A stretch of DNA of 64,000 bases from an uncultured Arcobacter sp. Lineage in GTDB: Bacteria > Campylobacterota > Campylobacteria > Campylobacterales > Arcobacteraceae. This document shows positions 8,875 through 18,847 of the stretch, piece by piece (position 1 is the stretch's first letter; every line of letters begins with the position of its first letter). The translations under genes were made by a program, and so were the position numbers. The stretch is from positions 1,024,001-1,088,000 of the forward strand of contig OZ223300.1 in assembly GCA_965140705.1 (NCBI GenBank). The letters run 5' to 3'. A model generated the notes under the pieces. It was not told the DNA's origin. It saw only the letters and a program-made list of their open reading frames with translations, and searched no databases.

Positions 8875-9522
8875 ATGAGTACTAAACGAGATAAAAGAAA
8901 AAAAGCTGAAAAAAAGAAGCAAAACCAAATAAAAAACAGTCACCCAAAAGAACTTAGTCAATTTGAAATAGAAAATGGCTTAAAAGAACTTTTTAATCCT
9001 AAGAGGCTGACAACCCCAACAAGTATAAATAATGATATATTAGAAGTTTGCAAAAAAATCAGTAATAACGAACCCTTTTTTCTTAAAATTGAGCCTGAAA
9101 CGTGGTCAAGACAATCCTGCTGTGACCTGAATGTGGAAGAATATATTAAGTTAAATGGTGGACAAATGTTATGTGGTTATAAAGTTTGGTACAACAAACC
9201 AAAGTATATTGAATTAGAAAGACATGCTATATGGTCTAAAGATGGAACATTTAAAGATATAACATTTAATGTGGAAGGGGAAGAAAACATTTTATTTGTT
9301 CTAGATGTCCCTGAAAAACAGAATAATCTTGAAGACAACAAAGTGAAAATTCGCTGGGGCAAAGATACGAAGACACGACAGCTTATTAAGCATCATGAAT
9401 ATTTTGAAAGCCTAATCCCAATACAACAAATGAGTAATGAAGCGTGCTGGAGTACAATGTTAACTTATGAACAATGGGAAGCTGGACAAAGAATGTCAAA
9501 TATGCAAATTATAAAGAGCTAA
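8875..9522 (+). CDS. Cassette 2: hypothetical protein with candidate Cys-His-Asp (papain/transglutaminase-like) triad
   Basis: RBS GAGGA; CC..NV....NGG....GY.VW, E.ERHAIW, DG.FKDIT motifs; stop codon lies inside attC2 R''. Confidence 0.75.
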   Translation: MSTKRDKRKKAEKKKQNQIKNSHPKELSQFEIENGLKELFNPKRLTTPTSINNDILEVCKKISNNEPFFLKIEPETWSRQSCCDLNVEEYIKLNGGQMLCGYKVWYNKPKYIELERHAIWSKDGTFKDITFNVEGEENILFVLDVPEKQNNLEDNKVKIRWGKDTKTRQLIKHHEYFESLIPIQQMSNEACWSTMLTYEQWEAGQRMSNMQIIKS

Positions 9523-9585
9523 CAAATCTTTGGAGAGAAATATTTGACCCTGCGGCTCAAATATTTCTCAACTTAACCGTTAAAG
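9517..9585 (+). mobile_element. attC recombination site 2 (69 bp)
   Basis: AGCTAAC-AAATC...GAGAAATATTTGA-CCCTGCGGC-TCAAATATTTCTC...GTTAAAG. Confidence 0.88.
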
Positions 9586-9701
9586 TTCTGAAAAGCAACT
9601 AACAAGCTTTATTTCCAATACACAAAAACAATACAATCATTCCAAAGTATGAAAATACAAAGGAAAACTCATGAAAGTAGATAAAAGCACGGCATATAGC
9701 T

Positions 9702-10568
9702 TTATTTATATTTAACAGGAACTCTAAACTCTATATCAAACTCATCATTTGGATCTAGATAATTATTTTTGTAATATAAAACACTAGCTGAACCCTCTAA
9801 AGCTTCAAATTCACTACTTGGAATCCATTGATAATACATCATTTGGTATAAAGTTAAAACATCTTCACAAACACCTTGAAATCTAATAGTTGCATATAGT
9901 CCACCTTTGATAGAACACAATCCAATATCCCCTTTTGGTTCTATTTTCTTACCCTCTAAATCAACACATGTTACATATCTATATTTCTCTATTGAGGTAA
10001 TATTTGGATTACTATGGTGAATTGCCATCATGGTTGGGTTTTTTATATCAAAGTCTTCTTCTAAAAGGTATAAAAATTTTTGCCACCCTTTTCTTATAGT
10101 CTTGTCATATCCCATATGTCTCATATATGCGATAGTTATTTCTGGTATCTTTCTTATCTCTATTTTTGAAAAGTCTACTTTCCTTTCCTTTAGTTCATAT
10201 TCTTTTGGTGTATGGCTTTTATGTTTTTCTTTTCGCCATTCATTTGGTGAGCACTTATATTCTTTTTTGAACTCATTACTAAAGGTCGCGGAAGATTTAA
10301 ACCCACAATTATAAGCTATATTTGTAATTGATGATGTAGTGTTAAATATAAGAAGATTTGCAGCACAATATAGTCTTAAATCTTTTATATAATTAGTAAC
10401 ACTCTTTCCTGTTATTTCTTTAAATATTCTTTGGAAATGGTATGGCGAATATGAAGAAATTCTTGCTAAGTCTTCAATTGTCAATTTCATAGAAAGATGT
10501 TTATAAATATGGTATTGAACTTCATTGATTCTTTGTCTATGTTCATTTCTTGTATCAGTTTTTTTCAT
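9702..10568 (-). CDS. AraC-family regulator with C-terminal GyrI-like effector domain
   Basis: SPYHFQRIFK, IAYNCGFKSSATFS; C-terminal GGLYA..F.G and W.PSS. Confidence 0.92.
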   Translation of the reverse strand: MKKTDTRNEHRQRINEVQYHIYKHLSMKLTIEDLARISSYSPYHFQRIFKEITGKSVTNYIKDLRLYCAANLLIFNTTSSITNIAYNCGFKSSATFSNEFKKEYKCSPNEWRKEKHKSHTPKEYELKERKVDFSKIEIRKIPEITIAYMRHMGYDKTIRKGWQKFLYLLEEDFDIKNPTMMAIHHSNPNITSIEKYRYVTCVDLEGKKIEPKGDIGLCSIKGGLYATIRFQGVCEDVLTLYQMMYYQWIPSSEFEALEGSASVLYYKNNYLDPNDEFDIEFRVPVKYK

Positions 10569-10710
10569 ATGAAGATATTAGCATATTTTGTACGAAAAAT
10601 TTGGAAATAGTAGAATATTATAAAAATAATAGCACGATTTAATAAATATAATCAATCATAATAAAAAGACAAACTCCTTTTTTAATTTTATAATTTACAA
10701 AAGGAATAAA

Positions 10711-10905
10711 ATGAAAACTATGTTTATATTATTGATTTTTGCTGGTTTGTTGTTTATTTTAAAAACAAACAATAAAATCATAGAAAAAAAATTTAAAGTT
10801 AAAGAAGATGTAAATCTTATTTTCTCTTCTATACATATGTCTAATTTGGAAGCATTAAAAAAGAAGAATAAATTTGATATGATTTCACTTATAGAACATC
10901 AATAG
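10711..10905 (+). CDS. Small hypothetical protein with N-terminal hydrophobic helix
   Basis: AAGGA RBS; ends 8 nt before the glycosyltransferase start. Confidence 0.55.
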   Translation: MKTMFILLIFAGLLFILKTNNKIIEKKFKVKEDVNLIFSSIHMSNLEALKKKNKFDMISLIEHQ

Positions 10906-10913
10906 AGGTAAAA

Positions 10914-12134
10914 ATGAGAATTTTACATGCTTTAGCACAAAGACCAGGGAAAACTGGAAGTGGAGTTTTCCTTCAACAGTTATTTAAAACAGGTTATGAA
11001 CAAAAACACGAACAAGCAGTAATTGCTGGTGTCCCAATCTATGAACAAAATCCTGATATAGAAAATCTAAAGCCAGAAAATTTTTACCCAGTATTATTTG
11101 AAAGTCAAGAGTTAAATTTTCCAGTTGTTGGTATGAGTGATGTTATGCCTTATGATAGTACTAAATATAGTGATTTAGATCAAGAAATGTATAAAAAGTA
11201 TGAAAAGGCATTTAAAGAAGTTATTAATAAAGCTGTAGAAAAGTTCAAACCTGATGTTGTGATTTGTAATCATATTTGGCTTTTATGCGGATATATAAAA
11301 GACTTATTTCCAAATCTAAAAGTTCTAGTTCTATGTCATGGGACAGACCTACGTCAGCTTGAACGTTCACCTAGATTGGTTCCTATTGTAAAAAAAGCTG
11401 TGCCAAAGTGTGATTATATTTTTGCATTAAATTCAGCCCAAAGGGAAGAGATACTTCAACTTCATAATCTAAAAAATGAGCAAGTAATTACAAGTGGAAG
11501 TGGATATAACCCAGATATGTTTTTTCCAATAAAAAGAGAAAAAAATAAAAAAATTAAAATAGTCTATGTGGGAAAAATTTGTAATTATAAAGGTGTTCCA
11601 AATCTTTTAAATGCCCTTGATAAAAGTAAAAATCATAATAATATAGAGTTGAATTTAATAGGTCATGGAAATGTTGAAGAGAGTGATGATATTATAAAAA
11701 GCATAAATAATAGAAAAGCAGAAGTTAATTATTTAGGTGCAATTGCCCAAGATAAATTAGCTTTATTTTTGAAAACTTGTGATTTATTTATTCTTCCCTC
11801 TTTTTTTGAAGGCTTACCTTTAGTTGTTATTGAAGCTATGGCTTCAGGGGCAAAAGTTATTTGCACAGATTTACCTGGGCTTGATGAATTTATGGGAGAA
11901 GAGTTAAAAGAATTAGGGGCCATAAGATATGTAAAAATGCCTAGATTAAAGAACGTAGATACTCCATATGAGGAGGATATAAAAGTTTTTGAAGAAGAGT
12001 TAATTAATAAAATAGATGAAGCATGTATAGAATTTTCAAATAATAAAAAATATGATATGGATGAAGTTTTAAAACATCTTGAAGATAAGACTTGGAAAGG
12101 TCTATTTCATCGTTTGGAAAAGTATTTTAAATAA
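10914..12134 (+). CDS. Glycosyltransferase family 4 (GT-B)
   Basis: HGTDL, YVGKI...KG, LPSFFEGLPLVVIEAMASG. Confidence 0.9.
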   Translation: MRILHALAQRPGKTGSGVFLQQLFKTGYEQKHEQAVIAGVPIYEQNPDIENLKPENFYPVLFESQELNFPVVGMSDVMPYDSTKYSDLDQEMYKKYEKAFKEVINKAVEKFKPDVVICNHIWLLCGYIKDLFPNLKVLVLCHGTDLRQLERSPRLVPIVKKAVPKCDYIFALNSAQREEILQLHNLKNEQVITSGSGYNPDMFFPIKREKNKKIKIVYVGKICNYKGVPNLLNALDKSKNHNNIELNLIGHGNVEESDDIIKSINNRKAEVNYLGAIAQDKLALFLKTCDLFILPSFFEGLPLVVIEAMASGAKVICTDLPGLDEFMGEELKELGAIRYVKMPRLKNVDTPYEEDIKVFEEELINKIDEACIEFSNNKKYDMDEVLKHLEDKTWKGLFHRLEKYFK

Positions 12135-12157
12135 ATAGAAGTTCATATTTAGAACTT

Positions 12158-12556
12158 CTATTTGCAAATGTCATCTAAGTCTTTTAATTCTAAGTTTAAT
12201 GCATTTGAAGATATATATACTTCCCATAAAGAAATACATAAAGAAATACACATTGTAAGTAAACTCAATCCAAATATTTTTTTTCCAATATCATGAAACT
12301 GTAAAAAAAGTGAAAACATAGAAACAGTACACAATAACATTGATACCACTCCAAAAAACTGCATCCATTTTGTAAGTTCTAGTCTTGTTTTTAAATTTGC
12401 AATTTGACCTTTTAATTCACTATTTTTTTGTTCTCTTGCTTGTCTACTAATTGAACGAATAAGTTGTCCAGTTGTCAAAAAACGATTTGTATATGCTAAA
12501 AGTAGTAGAGAAATAGCAGGGAAGAGTAAAGCTGGTGTTGATATTCCAATTTCCAT
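12158..12556 (-). CDS. DUF2721-like membrane protein
   Basis: TPALLFPAISLLLLAYTNRF N-terminus; three hydrophobic helices. Confidence 0.75.
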   Translation of the reverse strand: MEIGISTPALLFPAISLLLLAYTNRFLTTGQLIRSISRQAREQKNSELKGQIANLKTRLELTKWMQFFGVVSMLLCTVSMFSLFLQFHDIGKKIFGLSLLTMCISLCISLWEVYISSNALNLELKDLDDICK

Positions 12557-12710
12557 AAAATGCCTTTATATTTTTTCGTATTCTAACTAAAAGAATAAAA
12601 AATAATGGTTAAAATATATACAATAAAATTGTATATTTCAGAAAATAGCTATATATTTATAAAGGCAGATATTGTAGAATAGATAATCATTTTTATATTT
12701 AGGAATTCAC

Positions 12711-14387
12711 ATGTCAGATATCGAAATAGCACAAAAAGCATCAATGGTACCAATTATTGATTTGGCAAAAAAGAAATTTAATATTCCAGCTGAACATTTA
12801 GACCCTTATGGACACTATAAAGCGAAACTCTCTTTAGAGTATGTGGAAAGTTTAAGTCATCAAAATAAAGAGGGTAAACTTATTTTAGTAACTGCCATAA
12901 GTCCAACTCCTGCAGGTGAGGGTAAAACAACCACAACAGTTGGTTTGGGCGATGCTTTAAACAGAATTGGTAAGAAGACAATAATCTGTTTAAGAGAACC
13001 ATCCTTAGGTCCTTGTTTTGGATTAAAAGGAGGAGCTGCTGGTGGAGGATATGCTCAAGTTGTACCTATGGAAGATATAAATTTACATTTTACTGGAGAT
13101 TTCCACGCTATTGGGGTCGCTCATAATTTATTGGCAGCCATGATTGATAATCATATTCACCATGGCAATGCTTTAAATATAGATTCAAGACGTATAAAGT
13201 GGAAACGTGTTTTAGATATGAATGACAGAGCCTTGCGAAAAATAACTGTAGGACAAGGTGGAATTGGAAATGGCTTTTTAAGAGAAGATGGCTTTGATAT
13301 TGTTGTAGCTTCTGAAGTTATGGCAATACTTTGTTTAGCCACTAATAGAGCAGATTTAAAAGAGAGATTAGGGCGAATAATTATTGGATATAAAACTGAT
13401 AAAATAACCCCTGTATATGCCAGTGATTTAAAAGCACATGGGGCTATGGCTGCTGTTTTAAAAGATGCTATAAAACCAAACCTTGTGCAAACATTGGAGA
13501 ATAATATTGCTATAGTTCATGGTGGTCCTTTTGCTAATATTGCCCATGGATGTAACTCTGTAACCGCTACAAAAACAGCACTAAAGTTAGCAGATTATAC
13601 AGTAACAGAAGCTGGATTTGGAGCAGATTTAGGAGCTGAAAAGTTTTTAAATATCAAATGTAGAAGCTCAAAATTAAAGCCTTCTGCTGTTGTATTAGTG
13701 GCAACCGTAAGGGCGCTAAAATATCATGGGGGTGTTGAAACAGATCATTTAAACCAAGAAAATTTAGAAGCTCTTGAACTAGGTTTTGCAAATATACAAA
13801 GACATATTCATAACATCACTAAAAATTATAATCTTCCCGTTGTTGTTAGTATAAACCATTTTACCCATGATACTGATGCTGAAACTTCACTTTTAAAGAA
13901 AAAGTGTGAAGAGTTAGGTGTGAAGTGTGTTATTTCAAGTCATTGGGCAAAAGGTGGAGCTGGGGCTGAAGAGTTAGCACATGAGATTATTAATATTGTT
14001 GATAATAAAGAGTCTAGTTTTGATTACCTTTATAATGATGAACTTCCTCTTTGGAATAAAATTGAAACAATTGCTACAAAAATATATGGTGCGAAAGAAA
14101 TAGTTGCGAGTTCAAAGGTACTTGAAGAGATAGATAAACTTCAAAGTAAATATGGAAAACTTCCTATTTGTATGGCAAAAACACAAATGTCATTTTCAAC
14201 AGATCCTACTTTAAAAGGAGCACCAAGTAATCATATTATAGAAATAAGTGATATAAAACTAGAAAATGGAGCAGGCTTTATAGTTGTAATTGCTGGAAAT
14301 ATGATGACAATGCCTGGACTTCCTAAAGTTCCAACTGCAGAAAAAATCGATATCGATGATGATGGCTTGATTACAGGGCTTTTCTAG
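12711..14387 (+). CDS. fhs: Formate--tetrahydrofolate ligase
   Basis: [51 protein letters not shown]. Confidence 0.97.
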   Translation: MSDIEIAQKASMVPIIDLAKKKFNIPAEHLDPYGHYKAKLSLEYVESLSHQNKEGKLILVTAISPTPAGEGKTTTTVGLGDALNRIGKKTIICLREPSLGPCFGLKGGAAGGGYAQVVPMEDINLHFTGDFHAIGVAHNLLAAMIDNHIHHGNALNIDSRRIKWKRVLDMNDRALRKITVGQGGIGNGFLREDGFDIVVASEVMAILCLATNRADLKERLGRIIIGYKTDKITPVYASDLKAHGAMAAVLKDAIKPNLVQTLENNIAIVHGGPFANIAHGCNSVTATKTALKLADYTVTEAGFGADLGAEKFLNIKCRSSKLKPSAVVLVATVRALKYHGGVETDHLNQENLEALELGFANIQRHIHNITKNYNLPVVVSINHFTHDTDAETSLLKKKCEELGVKCVISSHWAKGGAGAEELAHEIINIVDNKESSFDYLYNDELPLWNKIETIATKIYGAKEIVASSKVLEEIDKLQSKYGKLPICMAKTQMSFSTDPTLKGAPSNHIIEISDIKLENGAGFIVVIAGNMMTMPGLPKVPTAEKIDIDDDGLITGLF

Positions 14388-14436
14388 CTTTGTAATTTAA
14401 AATTTAGATAATTATTCTTAAGTTTGTTAATAAATA

Positions 14437-14454
14437 CTGTAACCGTTTTGTAAT
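14437..14454 (+). promoter_or_regulatory. Pho-box-like direct repeat upstream of pstS
   Basis: CTGTAAC-CGTT-TTGTAAT with 11-bp period, 10 nt before TAGAAT (14465-14470). Confidence 0.6.
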
Positions 14455-14503
14455 TAAAGAAGATTAGAATTCTCTTACTAAATTAAAAAAAGGTAATTAA
14501 CAA

Positions 14504-15502
14504 ATGAAAAAAATCGCGTTATTAGCAGCAGCATTGCTAACAGTTTCTTCAGTTTCGGCAGCAGATTTAAAAGGTAGTGGAGCTTCTTTCCCTTATAGTG
14601 TTTATCAATCATGGATTGGTGCTTATTATAAAGCAACAGGTGTTCAAATTGATTATATCTCAAAAGGAAGTTCAGCAGGTATCAAAGATGCTAAAGCTAG
14701 AGCAGTTGATTTTGCAGGTTCAGATGCACCATTAAATCCTTCAAAATTAGAAAGTGCTAAATTATACCAATTCCCAGGTGTAGTTGGTGCAATTACTATG
14801 AGTTATAATATGCCAGATATTTCAAAATTGAGTTTAAGTAGAGCTGCAATTGCAGGAATAGCTCTTGGAAAAATCAAATATTGGGATGATAAAATTATTA
14901 CTGCTGAAAACAAAGGTGTAAAACTTCCTCATGAAAAAATTACTTTTGTTCACAGAGCTGATGGTTCAGGAACTACATTTAACTTTACTTACTACCTAAG
15001 TAAAATTTCTAAAACTTGGAAAGAAACTTTTGGAGCTAAAAAGTCTCTTAACTGGCCAGGTAATCACCATGTTGGTGGAAAAGGAAATACAGGTGTAGCT
15101 GCACTTATCAAACAAACTCCATATTCTGTTGGTTATGTTGATTATGCTGATGCAACTAACAATCATTTACAAATGGCTTCTGTTGAAAATAAAGATGGTC
15201 ACTATGTTAAACCAGAATTAAAAGCTTTCCAAGCTGCTGCTGCAAAAGCATCTCTTGATCCTAAAAAAGATTTTTATGCTGTAATTGCTGACCCAGCTGG
15301 TAAAGGTTCTTATCCAATCGTTGCTGCAACATTTATTTTATTACCAAAAGAAAAAACTGAAACAAATAAAAAAGTTACAGCTTTCTATGACTGGTCATAT
15401 AAAAATGGTCAAGACCTTGCAAGTGGTTTAGGTTATGTTCCTCTTCCAGATGCATTAACATCAAAAATTAGAAAATACTGGGCTGAAAAAGGTATTAACT
15501 AA
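14504..15502 (+). CDS. pstS: Phosphate ABC transporter binding protein
   Basis: Signal peptide, GSGASFP, GSSAG, DFAGSD, HRADGSGTT. Confidence 0.96.
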   Translation: MKKIALLAAALLTVSSVSAADLKGSGASFPYSVYQSWIGAYYKATGVQIDYISKGSSAGIKDAKARAVDFAGSDAPLNPSKLESAKLYQFPGVVGAITMSYNMPDISKLSLSRAAIAGIALGKIKYWDDKIITAENKGVKLPHEKITFVHRADGSGTTFNFTYYLSKISKTWKETFGAKKSLNWPGNHHVGGKGNTGVAALIKQTPYSVGYVDYADATNNHLQMASVENKDGHYVKPELKAFQAAAAKASLDPKKDFYAVIADPAGKGSYPIVAATFILLPKEKTETNKKVTAFYDWSYKNGQDLASGLGYVPLPDALTSKIRKYWAEKGIN

Positions 15503-15515
15503 TCCTCCTCTCCCT

Positions 15516-15549
15516 AATAAACAACTTGAACTCTTTCAAGTTGTTTATT
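15516..15549 (+). terminator. Stem-loop after pstS (terminator or mRNA stabiliser)
   Basis: AATAAACAACTTGAA-CTCT-TTCAAGTTGTTTATT. Confidence 0.7.
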
Positions 15550-15623
15550 TATAATCTTAAAAGAAGTAAGTTTTTAAAAGTGTATTTTATACATTTTTTA
15601 GAATTTATTAGTATTGGTTGTTA

Positions 15624-16589
15624 ATGGAAAAAATTTTTAAAAATCTATCTTTTATTAGTGCAAGTTTTGTACTTGTAGTTCTTATTGGAATATTTGTTAG
15701 TCTATTTAATTCAGCAAAACCTGCAATGGATGAATACGGATGGGGCTTTATTACTGATTCTTCTTGGGAAAAATATGTTACTATTGAAGAACCAAAATCA
15801 AAAGTTACACAAAAAGAATCTACAAAAAAATCAACTACTGTAAGTGAAGATGAATCAGATGATGCCTTTGATGACATTTTAGTTGATGATTCAGATTCAA
15901 TGACTAAGACTATTTATGGTGGATTGATTCCAATTGTTGGAACTGTCTTATCAACTTTGATTGCTATGATTTTTGCTCTTCCTATTGCTATGGGAATAGC
16001 AGTATTTCTTGCAGAAATTGCTCCTAAAAACGTTTCAAATATAGTAGGTATTGCAATAGAACTTTTAGCAGCAATTCCAAGCATTATTTTTGGTATGTGG
16101 GGTCTATTTTACTTTGCACCAATTGTTCAAAGTGTTGTGGGTGGGTATCAGGTATCCCTTTTAACAGCTGGACTTGTTCTTGGTGTTATGATTCTTCCTT
16201 TTATGGCAGCAATCACAAGGGATAGTATGAAAACTACTCCTGATGTTCTAAAAGAGTCTGCTTATGCTTTAGGAGCAACAAAATTTGAAGTTATAAAAGA
16301 TATCATATTCCCTTATTCAAAAAGTGGAATTATCGGTTCAATTATCCTTGCTCTTGGTCGTGCTTTAGGTGAAACAATGGCAGTTGCATTTTTGATTGGT
16401 TCTGTTTTCTCAATGCCAACAAAACTTACTGACCCTACTGTATCAATTCCAGTTGCGATGGCAAATAACTTTGGAGAAGCAACAGGACTTACAATGTCAT
16501 CATTGTTTTATTTAGCATTTTTACTTTTTGTAATAAGTTTTACAGTTATCTCAATTGCAAAAATCTATTTTCTAAGAAAGGTTAACTAA
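15624..16589 (+). CDS. pstC: Phosphate ABC transporter permease
   Basis: ELLAAIPSII.G, ESAYALGAT, GRALGETMAV; ATG 15624 preferred over TTG 15618. Confidence 0.95.
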   Translation: MEKIFKNLSFISASFVLVVLIGIFVSLFNSAKPAMDEYGWGFITDSSWEKYVTIEEPKSKVTQKESTKKSTTVSEDESDDAFDDILVDDSDSMTKTIYGGLIPIVGTVLSTLIAMIFALPIAMGIAVFLAEIAPKNVSNIVGIAIELLAAIPSIIFGMWGLFYFAPIVQSVVGGYQVSLLTAGLVLGVMILPFMAAITRDSMKTTPDVLKESAYALGATKFEVIKDIIFPYSKSGIIGSIILALGRALGETMAVAFLIGSVFSMPTKLTDPTVSIPVAMANNFGEATGLTMSSLFYLAFLLFVISFTVISIAKIYFLRKVN

Positions 16590-17392
16590 TGAGATTATTA
16601 TTAAATAAGTTTATCTTAGTTTTATCAACTATTTCAGCTTTGATTGGTTTAGCTTTTTTAGGTTGGATATTAATTACTTTAGTAATAAAAGGCTTGAGTT
16701 CTTTTCACCTTTCATTATTTTTTAATGACCTAATAAATGGAGGACTTAGAAATTTAATTATTGGTCAATTTATTATTGCAGGTATTGCTTCATTAATTGG
16801 TATTCCTATTGGAATGTTAGCAGGTATTTATCTCCAAGAGTATGGTGGTAAAAAATTTGTAAGAATTATAAGAGATCTTAGTGATATTATGATGAGTGCT
16901 CCATCAATTGTAATTGGTGCTTTCGTTTATGCAATTATTGTTGTTCCCACAGGAGGAACAAGTGGATTTGCAGGAAGTATTGCCTTAGCTATTATGATGA
17001 TACCAATTGTTATTAATACAACTGATAATATGTTATCTCTAGTTCCAAGAGAGCTAAGAGAAGCTGGTATGGCGCTAGGTGCAAGTAAATATAGAGTTAC
17101 CCTTGATATTGTTATAAAAGCTGCAAAAGTAGGAATTATGACAGGTCTACTTTTATCATTTGCAAGAATTATTGGAGAAACAGCACCACTTCTTTTTACA
17201 AGTGAGACAAGTAACTATTTTAGTTTAGATTTAACAGAAGCCTTCCCTTCATTAACTGTTAGTATTTACAATCTTGCAAATGACCCAGTTACAGCAAGCC
17301 GAGATTTAGCTTGGGCAGCATCATTTATACTTACAGCATTGGTTTTAGTGATAAACCTATCTGGAAGATACATTACAAGACACAAAGGATAA
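16589..17392 (+). CDS. pstA: Phosphate ABC transporter permease
   Basis: PSIVIG, REAGMALGA, ARIIGETAPLLFT. Confidence 0.95.
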   Translation: MRLLLNKFILVLSTISALIGLAFLGWILITLVIKGLSSFHLSLFFNDLINGGLRNLIIGQFIIAGIASLIGIPIGMLAGIYLQEYGGKKFVRIIRDLSDIMMSAPSIVIGAFVYAIIVVPTGGTSGFAGSIALAIMMIPIVINTTDNMLSLVPRELREAGMALGASKYRVTLDIVIKAAKVGIMTGLLLSFARIIGETAPLLFTSETSNYFSLDLTEAFPSLTVSIYNLANDPVTASRDLAWAASFILTALVLVINLSGRYITRHKG

Positions 17393-17397
17393 AATAA

Positions 17398-18180
17398 ATG
17401 TCAATTATGAGTATAGAAAATTTTGGTTTTAGATATGCCTCGGCACAAACTAAATCATTAAATGATATTAACTTAAAAATTAAGAAAAATTCAATCACAG
17501 CTTTAATCGGACCTAGTGGATGTGGAAAATCTACACTACTTAGATCTTTAAATAGAATTCATGATTTATATCCTGGAAATGAATATACTGGTAAATTGAT
17601 GCTTTTAAATCAAAAAAAGAAAAAAATGGAAAATATTCTTGATTTGAAAAAAGAGAATAGTTTTATATCTTTAAGACAAAGAGTAGGAATGATATTTCAA
17701 AAACCTACACCTTTTCCAATGAGTATATTTGATAATGTTGCTTATGGTTTAAGAATATCTGGTATTAAAAATAGAACTGAATTATCAGATAGAGTTGAGA
17801 TGGCTTTAAAAGGTAGTGCTTTATATGGTGAAGTAAAAGATCGTATGAATAAAAGTGCTATGGGATTAAGTGGTGGACAACAACAAAGATTGTGTATCGC
17901 AAGAGCAGTTGCTTTAAAACCTGAACTTTTATTGTTTGATGAACCAACATCTGCACTAGACCCAATTTCAACGGCTGCTATTGAAGAGTTGATAGTTGAA
18001 CTTAAAAATGAAGTAAGTATTGCAATTGTTACACATAATATGCAACAAGCAAGTAGAATTAGTGAATATACTGCTTTTATGTATTTGGGAGATTTAATAG
18101 AATATGATGAAACATCAAATATCTTCTTAAATCCAAAAGAGAAAAAAACAGAAGATTATATTACTGGAAGATTTGGATAA
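17398..18180 (+). CDS. pstB: Phosphate ABC transporter ATPase
   Basis: [44 protein letters not shown]. Confidence 0.97.
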   Translation: MSIMSIENFGFRYASAQTKSLNDINLKIKKNSITALIGPSGCGKSTLLRSLNRIHDLYPGNEYTGKLMLLNQKKKKMENILDLKKENSFISLRQRVGMIFQKPTPFPMSIFDNVAYGLRISGIKNRTELSDRVEMALKGSALYGEVKDRMNKSAMGLSGGQQQRLCIARAVALKPELLLFDEPTSALDPISTAAIEELIVELKNEVSIAIVTHNMQQASRISEYTAFMYLGDLIEYDETSNIFLNPKEKKTEDYITGRFG

Positions 18181-18200
18181 TAAATAAGAGTTATTTTATA

Positions 18201-18239
18201 TTAAAAAAGGCAAAGTTATTTTAACTTTGCCTTTTTTAA
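18201..18239. terminator. Bidirectional terminator
   Basis: TTAAAAAAGGCAAAGTTA-TTT-TAACTTTGCCTTTTTTAA between convergent genes. Confidence 0.8.
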
Positions 18240-18745
18240 TCCCTTGAAAGTTTAACTAACTGTTTAATCATAATTTTTGCACTATCCTCAATTAAAGGCT
18301 TTTCATAAGTTGTTAATAGCTCTCTTGCTAAAATATTTGCACCTAAGTGTTGAAACTGTATTCTCATAGCTTGAAGACCTTTTTGTCCTCCACCTCCACT
18401 GTGAGTTGCTAATCCTACAATCTTTTCATTAAAAGCATCTCTCCATGATTCAGTTGCTCTTGAAGTCCATGCCATAGCATTATTAAGTACTGGTGGCATA
18501 ACTCCATTGTATTCAGGAGCAACAATAATAAATGCTTTAAGAGATAAAATCTTATTTGCTAACTCTTTTGCAGCATCTGGGATTCCATTTTTCTCTTCTT
18601 CTACTGTACTATATAATGGTAAGTTTAAATCTAATAAATTAATAACCTCTGCTTCAACATTTTCAATAATTGCTATCTCTTTTAACTTATCACCTAATTT
18701 TCTATTATTATTTGCACTTGCAACTAATATACCAATTTTTGACAT
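18236..18745 (-). CDS. NADPH-dependent FMN reductase
   Basis: APEYNGVMPPVLNNAMAWTSR, SGGGG. Confidence 0.9.
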   Translation of the reverse strand: MSKIGILVASANNNRKLGDKLKEIAIIENVEAEVINLLDLNLPLYSTVEEEKNGIPDAAKELANKILSLKAFIIVAPEYNGVMPPVLNNAMAWTSRATESWRDAFNEKIVGLATHSGGGGQKGLQAMRIQFQHLGANILARELLTTYEKPLIEDSAKIMIKQLVKLSRD

Positions 18746-18847
18746 TTATATCCTTTATAATATTTTTTGAAATATACCATACAAAACTTTACTCTTTATA
18801 ACGAAGAAAATCAATATAAAAACCTAATAATTTTTTAAATATTCAAT

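Larger units (their letters stand above)
8385..9579 (+). mobile_element. Integron gene-cassette array without local integrase (CALIN), two complete cassettes
   Basis: Cassette 1 8385-8850 and cassette 2 8851-9579, each a single same-strand ORF followed by an attC. Confidence 0.85.

Noticed and set aside
10914..12134. Glycosyltransferase as selenosugar synthase SenB because it is near selD
   Set aside because: Separated from sel genes by the cassette array, has its own divergent regulator, no SenA-like gene nearby, and I do not recognise SenB-specific motifs
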